Below, one piece after another: positions 43,886 through 55,759 of a stretch of DNA of 64,000 nt. Made by a program: the position numbers and the translations under genes. The DNA is from Escherichia phage vB_EcoM_Ozark: sequence record NC_054927.1. One strand, written 5' to 3'. The notes below the pieces were generated by a model. It was not told the DNA's origin. It saw only the letters and a list, made by a program, of their open reading frames with translations, and did not search any database. The stretch's first letter is position 1; every line of letters starts with the position of its first letter.

Positions 43886-44220
43886 AGCAGAAAATCTAAT
43901 GTATTAGTTTTTTCACAACGAACAACAGAAGGACGTAAAAGATTTTCGTCAATAGCTTCCGACTGAATTTTTTCAATTATACCCGAAGGAATAAATTTAG
44001 CAAATTGAGTTTCAGGAATAGAGTTTTCTTCCAAGAATGCTGTCGTAGCTTCAAGATAACTCATTCCAAACTCTTCTACCATTTTTTCAATAATAAATCC
44101 ATTTTCTTGACGATCAAGAAGCTTTGCTATTTCATCCTTTTCTTTCTTAATTGAAAGTTCTTTTTCTGAAAGACCGGTCTCATCGACCGGACGAATATCA
44201 TTTAGAGAAAACTGTGTCAT
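43882..44220 (-). CDS. 33: Late transcription accessory protein gp33
   Basis: 112 aa from MTQFSLNDIR; track start slightly upstream. Confidence 0.8.
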   Translation of the reverse strand: MTQFSLNDIRPVDETGLSEKELSIKKEKDEIAKLLDRQENGFIIEKMVEEFGMSYLEATTAFLEENSIPETQFAKFIPSGIIEKIQSEAIDENLLRPSVVRCEKTNTLDFLL

Positions 44221-44467
44221 AAAGTTCAACTACCTCTTCAGTTTCAGCTTCAAACACATCACGGTTATCTTTATGATACAAAGCTAATAGACGATTAAAC
44301 ATCTTACCATCAACGCCAAGTTCATCTTTGGCACGAATTCGAATATCTTTAATCAGTTCATTATAACCGGAAATTTTCAGTTTATGATCAGATGCTTCTT
44401 TAATAAATTTAGCCAAGTCTTCGCCATGGATAGCTTCATCAAATTCAACCATTTCTTTTTTAGCCAT
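44198..44467 (-). CDS. dsbA: dsDNA-binding protein DsbA
   Basis: 89 aa; position between rnh and 33. Confidence 0.75.
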   Translation of the reverse strand: MAKKEMVEFDEAIHGEDLAKFIKEASDHKLKISGYNELIKDIRIRAKDELGVDGKMFNRLLALYHKDNRDVFEAETEEVVELYDTVFSK

Positions 44468-44475
44468 TATTCACC

Positions 44476-45393
44476 TCAAAATTCATTAATGCTATTAGTT
44501 AATTTAGAAAGACCCGCTTTTACAAAATATGAATAAATTTTGCCACGCGGTGGTAATTTATATGAATTATAGTAATTCACAATGTTTGAAGCAATATTAT
44601 CAGGAATATAATCAAAATCAATTAGAACTAAATTTTCTTTATAACGATTATATTCAGATTCTGTGAGAAGCACCTTAGCTTGCTCACGGTCATTAGCAAT
44701 AGCTTCAACGATTGAAGTTTTCATTGAAGGAGTTCGTTCACCTTCAACTCTGGTAAACCAAAAGTCAGATCGTACTTTAACTGAAGCAACGTTATCCTTT
44801 TTGTCGCCTTTAAGGATTTTAGTCATGCAATCAATTTCAGCAGAACCGCTTTTAATTTTAACCCATTTCTTATGCATCGGTGACCATTGCTTAACATTTG
44901 GATATTTGTGAAGCTGTGTAAAGTCACCATCCGATGAAATGATTAAAATCTTGTGTCCTTCTAAAGAGAACTTTTTAACAAGAACAGCAATGTGGTCATC
45001 CGCTTCATACTTATCAATATCCATAACAATGTATGGCATATAAGCTTTCAATTCATCTATAACTTTATGGCTGGATTCAAAATAACCTTCCCAGTCCCAA
45101 GTAGATTCTTCTCGTGCTTTTCCACGGTTTTTCTTATAATAATAAGCGAAATCACGACGCCAGTATCCAGATTTCGCGTTATCAATACACAGTACAATTT
45201 TAGTGTATCCAAGCGTTTTTGCTTTTTTGACATTAAACTTAATTGAGTTCAATATCAAATGACGAACCATTGATAAATTAATTTTTTCTTTATCTGGGAA
45301 GTTTACTAAAGCAGTTGAAAGCGCAATTTGACTAAAGTCAATAAAGCAAATTCCTTCTTTGTAATCTTCATCCAACATCATTTCTAAATCCAT
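44476..45393 (-). CDS. rnh: RNase H (5'-3' exonuclease)
   Basis: 305 aa from MDLEMML; FEN-family acidic residues. Confidence 0.88.
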   Translation of the reverse strand: MDLEMMLDEDYKEGICFIDFSQIALSTALVNFPDKEKINLSMVRHLILNSIKFNVKKAKTLGYTKIVLCIDNAKSGYWRRDFAYYYKKNRGKAREESTWDWEGYFESSHKVIDELKAYMPYIVMDIDKYEADDHIAVLVKKFSLEGHKILIISSDGDFTQLHKYPNVKQWSPMHKKWVKIKSGSAEIDCMTKILKGDKKDNVASVKVRSDFWFTRVEGERTPSMKTSIVEAIANDREQAKVLLTESEYNRYKENLVLIDFDYIPDNIASNIVNYYNSYKLPPRGKIYSYFVKAGLSKLTNSINEF

Positions 45394-45455
45394 ATGAACC
45401 TCGTTCAATTAGTGAGATTTCTATTATATACCATCCAAATCTTAAAGTAAACAAG

Positions 45456-45463
45456 TATAAATA
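45456..45463 (+). promoter_or_regulatory. Late promoter TATAAATA upstream of gene 34
   Basis: Exact match 34 nt before ATG 45498. Confidence 0.55.
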
Positions 45464-45497
45464 CTTATTATTGAAAACACAATAGGAGCCCGGGAGA

Positions 45498-48400
45498 ATG
45501 GCCGAGATTAAAAGAAAGTTCAGAGCAGAAGATGGTCTGGACGCAGGTGGTGATAAAATAATCAACGTAGCTTTAGCTGATCGTACCGTAGGAACTGACG
45601 GTGTTAACGTTGATTACTTAATTCAAGAAAACACAGTTCAACAATATGATCCAACTCGTGGATATTTAAAAGATTTTGTAATCATTTATGATAACCGCTT
45701 TTGGGCTGCTATAAATGATATTCCAAAACCGGCAGGAGCTTTTAATAGCGGGCGCTGGAGAGCATTACGTACAGACGCAAACTGGATTACGGTTTCATCT
45801 GGTTCATATCAATTAAAATCCGGTGAAGCTATTTCGGTTAATACTGCAACTGGAAATGACATCACGTTTACTTTACCATCTTCTCCAATTGATGGAGATA
45901 CTATCGTTCTCCAAGATATTGGAGGAAAACCTGGAGTTAACCAAGTTTTAATTGTAGCTCCAGTACAAAGTATTGTAAACTTTAGAGGTGAACAAGTACG
46001 TTCAGTACTAATGACTCATCCAAAGTCACAGCTAGTTTTAATTTTTAGTAATCGTCTGTGGCAAATGTATGTAGCTGATTATAGTAGAGAAGCTGTAGTT
46101 GTAACACCAGCGAATACTTATCAAGCGCAATCTAATGATTTTATCGTGCGTAGATTTACTTCTGCTGCACCAATTAATGTCAAACTTCCAAGATTTGCTA
46201 ATCATGGCGATATTATTAATTTCGTTGATTTAGATAAACTGAATCCACTTTATCATACAATTGTTACTACATACGATGAAACGACTTCAGTACAAGAAGT
46301 TGGAACTCATTCCATTGAAGGCCGTACATCGATTGACGGTTTCTTGATGTTCGATGATAATGAGAAATTGTGGAGATTGTTTGACGGTGACAGTAAAGCA
46401 CGTTTACGCATTATAACGACTAATTCTAATATTCGTCCAAATGAAGAAGTCATGGTGTTTGGAGCGAATAACGGAACAACTCAAACAATTGAGCTTCAGC
46501 TTCCTACTGATATTTCTGTTGGTGATACTGTTAAAATTTCCATGAATTACATGAGAAAAGGACAAACAGTTAAAATCAAGGCTGCGGGCGAAGATAAAAT
46601 TGCTTCTTCAGTTCAATTACTGCAATTCCCAAAACGCTCAGAATATCCGCCTGAAGCTGAGTGGGTTACAGTCCAAGAATTAGTTTTTAATGGTGAAACT
46701 AATTATGTTCCGGTTTTACAACTTGCTTATATAGAAGATTCTGATGGAAAATACTGGGTTGTACAGCAAAACGTTCCAACTGTAGAAAGAGTTGATTCTT
46801 TAAATGATTCTACTAGAGCAAGATTAGGCGTAATTGCTTTAGCTACACAAGCTCAAGCTAACGTCGATTTAGAAAATTCTCCTCAAAAAGAATTAGCAAT
46901 TACTCCAGAAACGTTAGCTAATCGTACTGCTACAGAAACTCGTAGAGGTATTGCAAGAATAGCAACTACTGCTCAAGTGAATCAGAACACCACATTCTCT
47001 TTTGCTGATGATATTATCATCACTCCTAAAAAGCTGAATGAAAGAACTGCTACAGAAACTCGCAGAGGTGTCGCAGAAATTGCTACACAGCAGGAAACTA
47101 ATACAGGTACTGATGATACTACAATCATTACTCCTAAAAAGCTTCAAGCTCGCCAAGGTTCTGAGTCATTATCTGGTATTGTAACTTTTGTATCTACTGC
47201 AGGTGCTACTCCAGCTTCTAGCCGTGAATTAAATGGTACGAATGTTTATAATAAAAACACTAATAATTTAGTTGTTTCACCTAAAGCTTTGGATCAGTAT
47301 AAAGCTACTCCAACGCAGCAAGGTGCAGTAATTTTAGCAGTTGAAAGTGAAGTAATTGCTGGACAAAGTCAGGAAGGATGGGCAAATGCTGTTGTAACAC
47401 CAGAAACGTTACATAAAAAGACATCAACTGATGACAGAATTGGTTTAATTGAAATTGCTACGCAAAGTGAAGTTAATACAGGAACTGATTATACTCGTGC
47501 AGTCACTCCTAAAACTTTAAATGACCGTAGAGCAACTGAAAGTTTAAGTGGTATAGCTGAAATTGCTACACAAGTTGAATTCGACGCAGGCGTCGACGAT
47601 ACTCGTATCTCTACACCATTAAAAATTAAAACCAGATTTAATAGTACTGATCGTACTTCTGTTGTTGCTCTATCTGGATTAGTTGAATCAGGAACTCTCT
47701 GGGACCATTATACCCTTAATATTCTTGAAGCAAATGAGACACAGCGTGGTACACTTCGTGTAGCTACACAGGTTGAAGCTGCTGCAGGAACATTAGATAA
47801 TGTTTTAATAACTCCTAAAAAGCTTTTAGGTACTAAATCTACCGAATCGCAAGAAGGTGTTATTAAAGTTGCAACTCAGTCTGAAACTGTGACTGGAACG
47901 TCAGCAAATACTGCTGTATCTCCAAAAAATTTAAAATGGATTGTGCAGAGTGAACCTACTTGGGCAGCTACTACTGCGATAAGAGGTTTTGTTAAAACTT
48001 CATCTGGTTCAATTACATTCGTTGGTAATGATACAGTCGGTTCTACCCAAGATTTAGAACTGTATGAGAAAAATAGCTATGCGGTATCACCATATGAATT
48101 AAACCGTGTATTAGCAAATTATTTGCCATTAAAAGCAAAAGCTGTAGATAGTAATTTATTGGATGGTCTAGATTCATCTCAGTTCATTCGTAGGGACATT
48201 GCGCAGACAGTTAATGGTTCACTAACCTTAACCCAACAAACGAATCTGAGTGCCCCTCTTGTATCATCTAGTACTGCTGCGTTTGGTGGTTCAGTTTCGG
48301 CAAATAGTACATTAACTATTTCTAATACTGGAACGGCAACTCGTCTGATTTTTGAGAAAGGACCTCAAACTGGAACTAACCCAGCGCAGACGATGACTAT

Positions 48401-49367
48401 CAGAGTTTGGGGAAATCAGTTTGGTGGTGGATCAGATACAACACGTTCTACTGTATTTGAAGTTGGTGATGAAACATCTAATCACTTTTATTCTCAACGT
48501 AATAAAGCTGGTAATATTACGTTTAGCATTAATGGTACTGTGATGCCAATAAATGTTAACGCTTCCGGTTCATTGAATGCGAATGGCGTAGCAACATTTG
48601 GTAGTTCAGTTACAGCCAATGGTGAATTCATTAGCAAGTCTGCAAATGCTTTCAGAGCAATAAACGGTGATTATGGATTCTTTATCAGGAATGATGGCGG
48701 CAGTACATATTTTATGCTTACTGCATCTGGTGATCAGACCGGTGGATTTAATGGATTACGTCCATTATCAATTAATAATCAATCCGGTCAAGTCACAATT
48801 GGTGAAAGCTTAATCATTGCCAAAGGTGCTACTATAAATTCAGGCGGTTTAACTGTTAACTCGAGAATTCGTTCTCAGGGTACTAAAACATCTGATTTAT
48901 ATACCCGTGCGCCAACATCTGATACGGTAGGATTCTGGTCAATTGATATTAACGATTCAGCCACTTATAACCAGTTCCCGGGTTATTTTAAAATGGTTGA
49001 AAAAACTAATGAAGTGACTGGGCTTCCATACTTAGAACGTGGCGAAGAAGTTAAATCTCCTGGTACACTGACTCAGTTTGGTAACACACTTGATTCGCTT
49101 TACCAAGATTGGATTACTTATCCAACGACGCCAGACGCGCGTACCACTCGCTGGACACGTACATGGCAGAAAACCAAAAACTCTTGGTCAAGTTTTGTTC
49201 AGGTATTTGATGGAGGTAACCCTCCTCAACCATCTGATATCGGTGCTTTACCATCTGATAATGCCACAATGGGTAATCTTACTATTCGTGATTTCTTACG
49301 AATTGGTAATGTTCGCATTATTCCTGACCCAGTGAATAAAACTGTTAAATTTGAATGGGTTGAATAA
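45498..49367 (+). CDS. 34: Long tail fibre proximal subunit gp34
   Basis: 1289 aa, same length as T4 gp34; internal repeated ..TATETRRG.. segments. Confidence 0.92.
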   Translation: MAEIKRKFRAEDGLDAGGDKIINVALADRTVGTDGVNVDYLIQENTVQQYDPTRGYLKDFVIIYDNRFWAAINDIPKPAGAFNSGRWRALRTDANWITVSSGSYQLKSGEAISVNTATGNDITFTLPSSPIDGDTIVLQDIGGKPGVNQVLIVAPVQSIVNFRGEQVRSVLMTHPKSQLVLIFSNRLWQMYVADYSREAVVVTPANTYQAQSNDFIVRRFTSAAPINVKLPRFANHGDIINFVDLDKLNPLYHTIVTTYDETTSVQEVGTHSIEGRTSIDGFLMFDDNEKLWRLFDGDSKARLRIITTNSNIRPNEEVMVFGANNGTTQTIELQLPTDISVGDTVKISMNYMRKGQTVKIKAAGEDKIASSVQLLQFPKRSEYPPEAEWVTVQELVFNGETNYVPVLQLAYIEDSDGKYWVVQQNVPTVERVDSLNDSTRARLGVIALATQAQANVDLENSPQKELAITPETLANRTATETRRGIARIATTAQVNQNTTFSFADDIIITPKKLNERTATETRRGVAEIATQQETNTGTDDTTIITPKKLQARQGSESLSGIVTFVSTAGATPASSRELNGTNVYNKNTNNLVVSPKALDQYKATPTQQGAVILAVESEVIAGQSQEGWANAVVTPETLHKKTSTDDRIGLIEIATQSEVNTGTDYTRAVTPKTLNDRRATESLSGIAEIATQVEFDAGVDDTRISTPLKIKTRFNSTDRTSVVALSGLVESGTLWDHYTLNILEANETQRGTLRVATQVEAAAGTLDNVLITPKKLLGTKSTESQEGVIKVATQSETVTGTSANTAVSPKNLKWIVQSEPTWAATTAIRGFVKTSSGSITFVGNDTVGSTQDLELYEKNSYAVSPYELNRVLANYLPLKAKAVDSNLLDGLDSSQFIRRDIAQTVNGSLTLTQQTNLSAPLVSSSTAAFGGSVSANSTLTISNTGTATRLIFEKGPQTGTNPAQTMTIRVWGNQFGGGSDTTRSTVFEVGDETSNHFYSQRNKAGNITFSINGTVMPINVNASGSLNANGVATFGSSVTANGEFISKSANAFRAINGDYGFFIRNDGGSTYFMLTASGDQTGGFNGLRPLSINNQSGQVTIGESLIIAKGATINSGGLTVNSRIRSQGTKTSDLYTRAPTSDTVGFWSIDINDSATYNQFPGYFKMVEKTNEVTGLPYLERGEEVKSPGTLTQFGNTLDSLYQDWITYPTTPDARTTRWTRTWQKTKNSWSSFVQVFDGGNPPQPSDIGALPSDNATMGNLTIRDFLRIGNVRIIPDPVNKTVKFEWVE

Positions 49368-49375
49368 GAGGTATT

Positions 49376-50491
49376 ATGGAAAAATTTATGGCAGAGTTTG
49401 GACAAGGATATGTCCAAACGCCATTTTTATCGGAAAGCAATTCAGTAAGATATAAAATAAGCATAGCGGGTTCTTGCCCGCTTTCTACAGCAGGGCCATA
49501 CGTTAAATTTCAGGATAATCCTGTAGGAAGTCAAACATTTAGCGCAGGACTTCATTTAAGAGTTTTTGACCCTTCCACCGGAGCATTAGTTGATAGTAAG
49601 TCATATGCTTTTTCGACTTCAAATGACACTACATCAGCTGCCTTTGTTAGCTTCATGAATTCTTTGACGAATAATAGACTTGTTGCTATATTAACTAACG
49701 GAAAGGTTAATTTTCCTCCTGAGGTAGTATCTTGGTTAAGAACCGCCGGAACGTCTGCTTTTCCATCTGATTCTATATTGTCAAGATTTGACGTATCATA
49801 TGCTGCTTTTTACACTTCTTCTAAAAGAGCTATTGCATTAGAGCATGTTAAACTAAGTAATAGAAAAAGCACAGATGATTATCAAACTGTATTAGATGTA
49901 GTATTTGATAGTTTAGAAGATGTTGGAGCGACAGGATTTCCTAAAAGAACATACGAAAGCGTTGAGCAATTTATGTCAGCTGTTGGTGGAACTAATAACG
50001 AAATTGCGCGTTTACCGACTTCATCCGCGATAAGTAAACTCTCTGATTATAATTTAGTTCCTGGTGATGTTCTTTATCTTAAAGCTCAGTTATATGCTGA
50101 TGCGGATTTACTTGCGCTTGGAACTACAAATATATCTATCCGTTTTTATAATGCATCAAATGGATATATTTCCTCGACACAAGCTGAATTTACCGGACAA
50201 GCTGGGTCATGGGAATTAAAGGAAGATTATGTAGTTGTTCCAGAAAACGCTGTAGGATTTACGATATATGCACAAAGAACTGCTAAAGCTGGCCAAGGTG
50301 GCATGAGAAATTTAAGCTTTTCTGAAGTATCAAGAAACGGCGGTATTTCAAAACCTGCTGAATTTGGCGTCAACGGTATTCGTGTTAATTATATCTGTGA
50401 ATCCGCTTCACCTCCGGATATAATGGTACTTCCTACGCAAGCATCATCTAAAACTGGTAAAGTGTTTGGGCAAGAATTTAGAGAAGTATAA
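49376..50491 (+). CDS. 35: Long tail fibre hinge protein gp35
   Basis: 371 aa; synteny. Confidence 0.85.
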   Translation: MEKFMAEFGQGYVQTPFLSESNSVRYKISIAGSCPLSTAGPYVKFQDNPVGSQTFSAGLHLRVFDPSTGALVDSKSYAFSTSNDTTSAAFVSFMNSLTNNRLVAILTNGKVNFPPEVVSWLRTAGTSAFPSDSILSRFDVSYAAFYTSSKRAIALEHVKLSNRKSTDDYQTVLDVVFDSLEDVGATGFPKRTYESVEQFMSAVGGTNNEIARLPTSSAISKLSDYNLVPGDVLYLKAQLYADADLLALGTTNISIRFYNASNGYISSTQAEFTGQAGSWELKEDYVVVPENAVGFTIYAQRTAKAGQGGMRNLSFSEVSRNGGISKPAEFGVNGIRVNYICESASPPDIMVLPTQASSKTGKVFGQEFREV

Positions 50492-50496
50492 ATTGA

Positions 50497-50514
50497 GGGA
50501 GCCTTCGGGTTCCC
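50497..50514 (+). terminator. Hairpin gggagccttcgggttccc plus T-run after gene 35
   Basis: Stem-loop with UUCG loop followed by TTTTTC. Confidence 0.5.
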
Positions 50515-50522
50515 TTTTTCTT

Positions 50523-50530
50523 TATAAATA
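50523..50530 (+). promoter_or_regulatory. Late promoter TATAAATA upstream of gene 36
   Basis: Exact match 23 nt before ATG 50554. Confidence 0.55.
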
Positions 50531-50553
50531 CTATTAAAATAAAGGGGCATACA

Positions 50554-51219
50554 ATGGCTGATTTAAAAGTAGGTTCAACAACCGGAGGCTCTGTCATTTG
50601 GCATCAAGGAAATTTTCCATTGAATCCAGCCGGTGACGATGTACTCTATAAATCATTTAAAATATATTCAGAATATAATAAACCACAAGCTGCTGATAAC
50701 GATTTCGTTTCTAAAGCTAATGGTGGTACTTATGCATCAAAGGTAACATTTAACGGTGGAATTCAAGTTCCGTATGCTGTAAACAACACAAACCCATGCG
50801 GTGTTTATCCAGGTAACGGTGATAATGCTACTTTTGCTGTAGCAAATATCGATATTGTTTCGTGGAATGGTATTGGTTTTAAATCATCACAAGGTTCAGC
50901 AGCTCGAACTGTTGTAATTAATGCACGTAATGGTGATATTAGTACAAAAGGCGTTGTGTCGGCAGCAGGTCAAGTAAGAAGTGATGCGGCTGCTCCTATA
51001 GCAGCGAATGACCTTACTAGAAAGGACTATGTTGATGGAGCAATAAATACTGTTACGGCAAATGCAAACTCTAGGGTGCTACGGTCTGGTGACACCATGA
51101 TAGGTAATTTAACAGCGCCAAACTTTTTCTCGCAGAATCCTGCATCTCAACCTTCACACGTTCCACGATTTGACCAAATCGTAATTAAGGATTCTGTTCA
51201 AGATTTCGGCTATTATTAA
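50554..51219 (+). CDS. 36: Long tail fibre distal connector gp36
   Basis: 221 aa; synteny. Confidence 0.85.
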   Translation: MADLKVGSTTGGSVIWHQGNFPLNPAGDDVLYKSFKIYSEYNKPQAADNDFVSKANGGTYASKVTFNGGIQVPYAVNNTNPCGVYPGNGDNATFAVANIDIVSWNGIGFKSSQGSAARTVVINARNGDISTKGVVSAAGQVRSDAAAPIAANDLTRKDYVDGAINTVTANANSRVLRSGDTMIGNLTAPNFFSQNPASQPSHVPRFDQIVIKDSVQDFGYY

Positions 51220-51227
51220 GAGGACTT

Positions 51228-54200
51228 ATGGCTACTTTAAAACAAATACAATTTAAAAGAAGCAAAACCGCAGGTGCACGTCCTGCTGCTTCAGTATTAG
51301 CCGAAGGTGAATTGGCTATAAACTTAAAAGATAGAACAATTTTTACTAAAGATGATTCAGGAAATATCATCGATTTAAGCATTTCTACTGGCGGTAATAT
51401 CAGTGGTAATATCACTCAAACTGGTGATTATACACAGACTGGAAAATTTAATTTAATTGGTCCGCAAATTGTAGCAAGCGGTGGATATATTGAGTTTAAT
51501 TATCGTACTACTGGAAGTGGGGCTTGGTCCGGTCAACATACTGCGAAAGCTCCAATTTTTGTAGATTTAAGCTCAGCTACTTCCACATCTGAATATAATC
51601 CTATAATTAAACAGCGCTTTAAAGATGGAACTTTTTCATTAGGTACTTTAGTTTCTGAAGGTTCGTTGAAGATTCATTATATCAATGAATCTGGCGATTC
51701 GAAATATTGGACGTTTCGACGTGACGGCGGATTTACTGTTGACGGTGGAGGTTTAGCAGTATCAGGAGGTAGTATAACTACATCTGGAAATATTGCAGCT
51801 ATTGGAAATATTACTTCGCCTCAGATTAATACTAAAAATATTATTTTAGATACAAAAGCATTTGGACAATACGATTCGCAATCATTAGTTCAATATGTTT
51901 ATCCTGGAACAGGCGAAGAAAATGGTATAAACTATCTTCGTAAAGTTCGAGCTAAATCAGGCGGTACAATTTATCATGAATTAGCTTCTGCGCAAACCGG
52001 AAAAAGTGATGAACTTTCTTGGTGGACTGGTAATACAGCCGTTAATAAACAAATGGGTCTTCGTAATGATGGGGCTTTAGTATTACGACGCTCACTCGCA
52101 ATTGGTACAATTACAACAGATGAAAACATTAATAACTACGGCTCCGCTGGAGCAATGGGCGAATGTTATATAGTTATCGGTGATGCATCAACAGGCTTAT
52201 CATACAAAAAAACTGGAGTATATGATTTAGTTGCTAGTGGTCTTTCTTTAGCATCTATTACTCCTGATAGTTTCCGTAGTACCCGTAAAGCGATTTTTGG
52301 TCGTTCCGAGGACCAAGGTACAACATGGATTATGCCTGGAACCAACGCCGCGTTTTTATCGGTTCAAACACAAGCTGATGAAAACACTGCTGGAGACGGC
52401 CAGACGCATATTGGCTATAACTCAGGCGGAAAAATGAACCACTATTTCCGTGGTAAAGGCAAAACTAATATTAATACTCAAGAAGGCATGGAAGTTAACC
52501 CGGGTATTTTGAAATTGGTAACTGGCTCTAATAATGTAATGTTTTATGCTGATGGCGGTATTACATCTGTTAAGCAGCTTTCAATATATAATGGCATATA
52601 TTTAGCAGCTAATAATTCTACTGCTGGGCTAACATTCGCTCCAACTACTACAATTGATGGCACTAAGCAAATTTTGTGGGAAGGCGGTACTCGTGCTGGT
52701 CAGAATAAAAGCTATGTAACTGTTAAAGCATGGGGTAATTCATTTAACGCATCTGGCGATCGTAATCGTGAAACGGTTTTTGAAGTAGCTGATGGACAAG
52801 GATATTATTTTTATTCACAGCGTGTGGCTCCAAGTGGCTCTGAAACTACTGGGCCTGTTGTAACCCAGTTCAATGGACAAGTTAATGCTAGAGGAAGTAT
52901 TATTACTGACGGAAGTTTTAAAGTTAATGGATTAAGCACTTTAGTCGGTAATGTTACCATGTCTAATGGTTTGTTTGTCCAAGGTGGTTCTTCTATTACT
53001 GGACAAGTAAAAATTGGTGGAACTGCTGATGCATTAAGAATTTGGAATGCCGAATACGGTGCTATTTTCCGTCGCTCAGAAACAGCATTACATATTATCC
53101 CGACTCCTAAAGATGCCGGTGAAAGTGGTGGAATAAGTAATCTCCGCCCACTTAGTATTAGTCTTAATAATGGTATGGTACAAATGCGCCATTCTGTTAC
53201 GTTAGGCGATGATGGCGCTGGCGGTAATATGATTACTGTGGACAACGATACCAAACTTGTTGTTGTTACTAGTAATAGTCGCATTTCTCCTAATTACCGT
53301 ATGCAGGTAGGACAAGCAGCTTATATTGATGCTGAATGTACTGACACAGTTCGCCCGGCTGGTGCAGGGTCTTTTGCTTCACAAAATAATGAAAACGTTC
53401 GTGCTCCATTCTATATGAATATTAATCGTACAGATACAAGTACTTACGTTCCTATTTTGAAACAACGATATGTCCAAGGAAACAGTTGTTATTCTCCAGG
53501 AACTCTAATTAACGGCGGTAACTTCAGAGTTCATTATCATGAAGGCGGCGATGGCGGTTCGACTGGCGCTATTATAAAGGATTTAGGTTGGGAATTTAAC
53601 AAAAATGGTGATTTTATATCTCCTAAGCGTGTTTCTGCTGGTGGTTCAGTTTATTTAGGTACAGACGGCAATATTACAGGTGGTTCTGGCAATTTTGCTA
53701 ATTTAAACAGTACAATTGAATCACTTAAAACCGATATTGTATCGAGTTACCCAATCGGTGCTCCTATTCCATGGCCAACGGATACTCCTCCTGACGGTTA
53801 CGCTATTATGGAAGGCCAGACTTTTGATAAGTCTGCATACCCAAAATTGGCTATGGCTTACCCATCTGGCGTAATTCCAGATATGCGCGGGCAAACTATT
53901 AAAGGTAAACCAAGTGGTCGAGCTGTATTAAGCGCAGAAGCCGATGGTGTTAAGGCTCATAGCCATAGTGCATCGGCTTCAAGTACTGACTTGGGTACTA
54001 AAACTACGTCGAGTTTTGATTATGGTACTAAGACGACAAGTAGCTTTGACTATGGCACTAAGACTAGCAATACCACAGGTAACCACTCTCATACTGTAAG
54101 CGGTACTACGAGTTCTGCTGGTGCACACCAACATGCGCGCTCAGGTCCTCAGATACAAGCCGGCATACCCAATAACATATTCTATGACGGATATAATAGT

Positions 54201-54503
54201 GTAGGTGCAAACGCCAACGCTAAATTCACTGGAACCGTGAACGGTGCTACTGCAGGGTCGAATATAGCCAAAACTTCTTCAGACGGTGCTCATACTCATA
54301 CTTGGTCTGGTACTACAAGCACTACAGGTAACCATGCTCACACAGTAGGTATTGGTGCTCATACCCATACTGTAGGTATCGGTGCTCATACCCACACGGT
54401 AGCAATTGGCTCGCATGGTCATACTATCACTGTAAATAGTACAGGTAATACAGAAAACACGGTTAAAAACATTGCTTTTAACTATATCGTTCGTTTAGCA
54501 TAA
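51228..54503 (+). CDS. 37: Long tail fibre distal subunit gp37 (receptor-binding tip)
   Basis: 1091 aa; C-terminal cluster of eight HxH motifs and short tandem repeats. Confidence 0.9.
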   Translation: MATLKQIQFKRSKTAGARPAASVLAEGELAINLKDRTIFTKDDSGNIIDLSISTGGNISGNITQTGDYTQTGKFNLIGPQIVASGGYIEFNYRTTGSGAWSGQHTAKAPIFVDLSSATSTSEYNPIIKQRFKDGTFSLGTLVSEGSLKIHYINESGDSKYWTFRRDGGFTVDGGGLAVSGGSITTSGNIAAIGNITSPQINTKNIILDTKAFGQYDSQSLVQYVYPGTGEENGINYLRKVRAKSGGTIYHELASAQTGKSDELSWWTGNTAVNKQMGLRNDGALVLRRSLAIGTITTDENINNYGSAGAMGECYIVIGDASTGLSYKKTGVYDLVASGLSLASITPDSFRSTRKAIFGRSEDQGTTWIMPGTNAAFLSVQTQADENTAGDGQTHIGYNSGGKMNHYFRGKGKTNINTQEGMEVNPGILKLVTGSNNVMFYADGGITSVKQLSIYNGIYLAANNSTAGLTFAPTTTIDGTKQILWEGGTRAGQNKSYVTVKAWGNSFNASGDRNRETVFEVADGQGYYFYSQRVAPSGSETTGPVVTQFNGQVNARGSIITDGSFKVNGLSTLVGNVTMSNGLFVQGGSSITGQVKIGGTADALRIWNAEYGAIFRRSETALHIIPTPKDAGESGGISNLRPLSISLNNGMVQMRHSVTLGDDGAGGNMITVDNDTKLVVVTSNSRISPNYRMQVGQAAYIDAECTDTVRPAGAGSFASQNNENVRAPFYMNINRTDTSTYVPILKQRYVQGNSCYSPGTLINGGNFRVHYHEGGDGGSTGAIIKDLGWEFNKNGDFISPKRVSAGGSVYLGTDGNITGGSGNFANLNSTIESLKTDIVSSYPIGAPIPWPTDTPPDGYAIMEGQTFDKSAYPKLAMAYPSGVIPDMRGQTIKGKPSGRAVLSAEADGVKAHSHSASASSTDLGTKTTSSFDYGTKTTSSFDYGTKTSNTTGNHSHTVSGTTSSAGAHQHARSGPQIQAGIPNNIFYDGYNSVGANANAKFTGTVNGATAGSNIAKTSSDGAHTHTWSGTTSTTGNHAHTVGIGAHTHTVGIGAHTHTVAIGSHGHTITVNSTGNTENTVKNIAFNYIVRLA

Positions 54504-54530
54504 GGAGAGGGGCTTCGGCCCCTTCTAAAT

Positions 54531-55082
54531 ATGAAAATATATCATTATTATTTTGACACTAAAGAATTTTACAAAGAAGAAAATTACAAACCGGTTAAAG
54601 GCCTCGGTCTTCCTGCTCATTCAACAATTAAAAAACCTTTAGAACCTAAAGAAGGATATGCAGTTGTATTTGATGAACGTACTCAGGATTGGATTTATGA
54701 AGAAGACCATCGCGGAAAACGAGCATGGACTTTTAATAAAGAAGAAATTTTTATAAGTGAAATTGGAAGCCCGGTTGGTATAACTTTTGATGAGCCTGGC
54801 GAATTTGATATATGGACTGATGACGGTTGGAAAGAAGACGAAACATATAAGCGAGTTTTAATTCGTAATAGAAAAATTGAAGAATTATATAAAGAGTTCC
54901 AAGTTTTAAATAATATGATTGAAGCTTCTGTCGCCAATAAAAAGGAAAAATTTTATTATAAAAACCTTAAGCGGTTCTTTGCTCTTTTAGAAAAGCATGA
55001 GCATTTAGGTGGTGAATTCCCTTCATGGCCTGAAAAAGAACGGAAACCTTGGTATAAGCGTTTATTCAAGCATTACGTATAA
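54531..55082 (+). CDS. 38: Tail fibre assembly chaperone gp38 (T4 type)
   Basis: 183 aa, same length as T4 gp38; directly follows gene 37. Confidence 0.8.
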   Translation: MKIYHYYFDTKEFYKEENYKPVKGLGLPAHSTIKKPLEPKEGYAVVFDERTQDWIYEEDHRGKRAWTFNKEEIFISEIGSPVGITFDEPGEFDIWTDDGWKEDETYKRVLIRNRKIEELYKEFQVLNNMIEASVANKKEKFYYKNLKRFFALLEKHEHLGGEFPSWPEKERKPWYKRLFKHYV

Positions 55083-55102
55083 ATATCTTAAAAGGAGGGT
55101 CT

Positions 55103-55759
55103 ATGGCAGCACCTAGAATATCATTTTCGCCCTCTGATATTCTGTTTGGTGTTCTAGATCGCTTGTTCAAAGATAACGCTACTGGGAAGGTTCTTGCTTC
55201 CCGGGTAGCTGTCGTAATTCTTTTATTTATGATGGCGATTGTTTGGTATAGGGGAGATAGTTTCTTTGAGTACTATAAGCAATCAAAGTATGAAACATAC
55301 AGTGAAATTATTGAAAAGGAAAGAAATGCACGCTTTGAATCTGTCGCCCTGGAACAACTCCAGATAGTTCATATATCATCTGAGGCAGACTTTAGTGCGG
55401 TGTATTCTTTCCGCCCTAAAAACTTAAACTATTTTGTTGATATTATAGCATACGAAGGAAGATTACCTTCAACAATAACTGAAAAATCACTTGGAGGATA
55501 TCCTGTTGATAAAACTATGGATGAATATGCAGTTCATTTAAATGGACGTCATTATTATTCTGACTCAAAATTTGCTTTTTTACCAACTAAAAAGCCTACT
55601 CCCGAAATAAACTACATGTACAGTTGTCCATATTTTAATTTGGATAATATCTATGCTGGAACGATAACCATGTACTGGTATAGAAATGATCATATAAGTA
55701 ATGACCGCCTTGAATCAATATGTGCTCAGGCGGCCAGAATATTAGGAAGGGCTAAATAA
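55103..55759 (+). CDS. t: Holin T
   Basis: 218 aa; single N-terminal transmembrane segment then large periplasmic domain. Confidence 0.85.
   Translation: MAAPRISFSPSDILFGVLDRLFKDNATGKVLASRVAVVILLFMMAIVWYRGDSFFEYYKQSKYETYSEIIEKERNARFESVALEQLQIVHISSEADFSAVYSFRPKNLNYFVDIIAYEGRLPSTITEKSLGGYPVDKTMDEYAVHLNGRHYYSDSKFAFLPTKKPTPEINYMYSCPYFNLDNIYAGTITMYWYRNDHISNDRLESICAQAARILGRAK

Noticed and set aside
53990-54420. Short tandem nucleotide repeats that might be taken for a CRISPR array or VNTR
   Set aside because: They lie in frame inside gp37 and encode HxH and [10 protein letters not shown] repeats; no spacer-repeat architecture and no cas genes.
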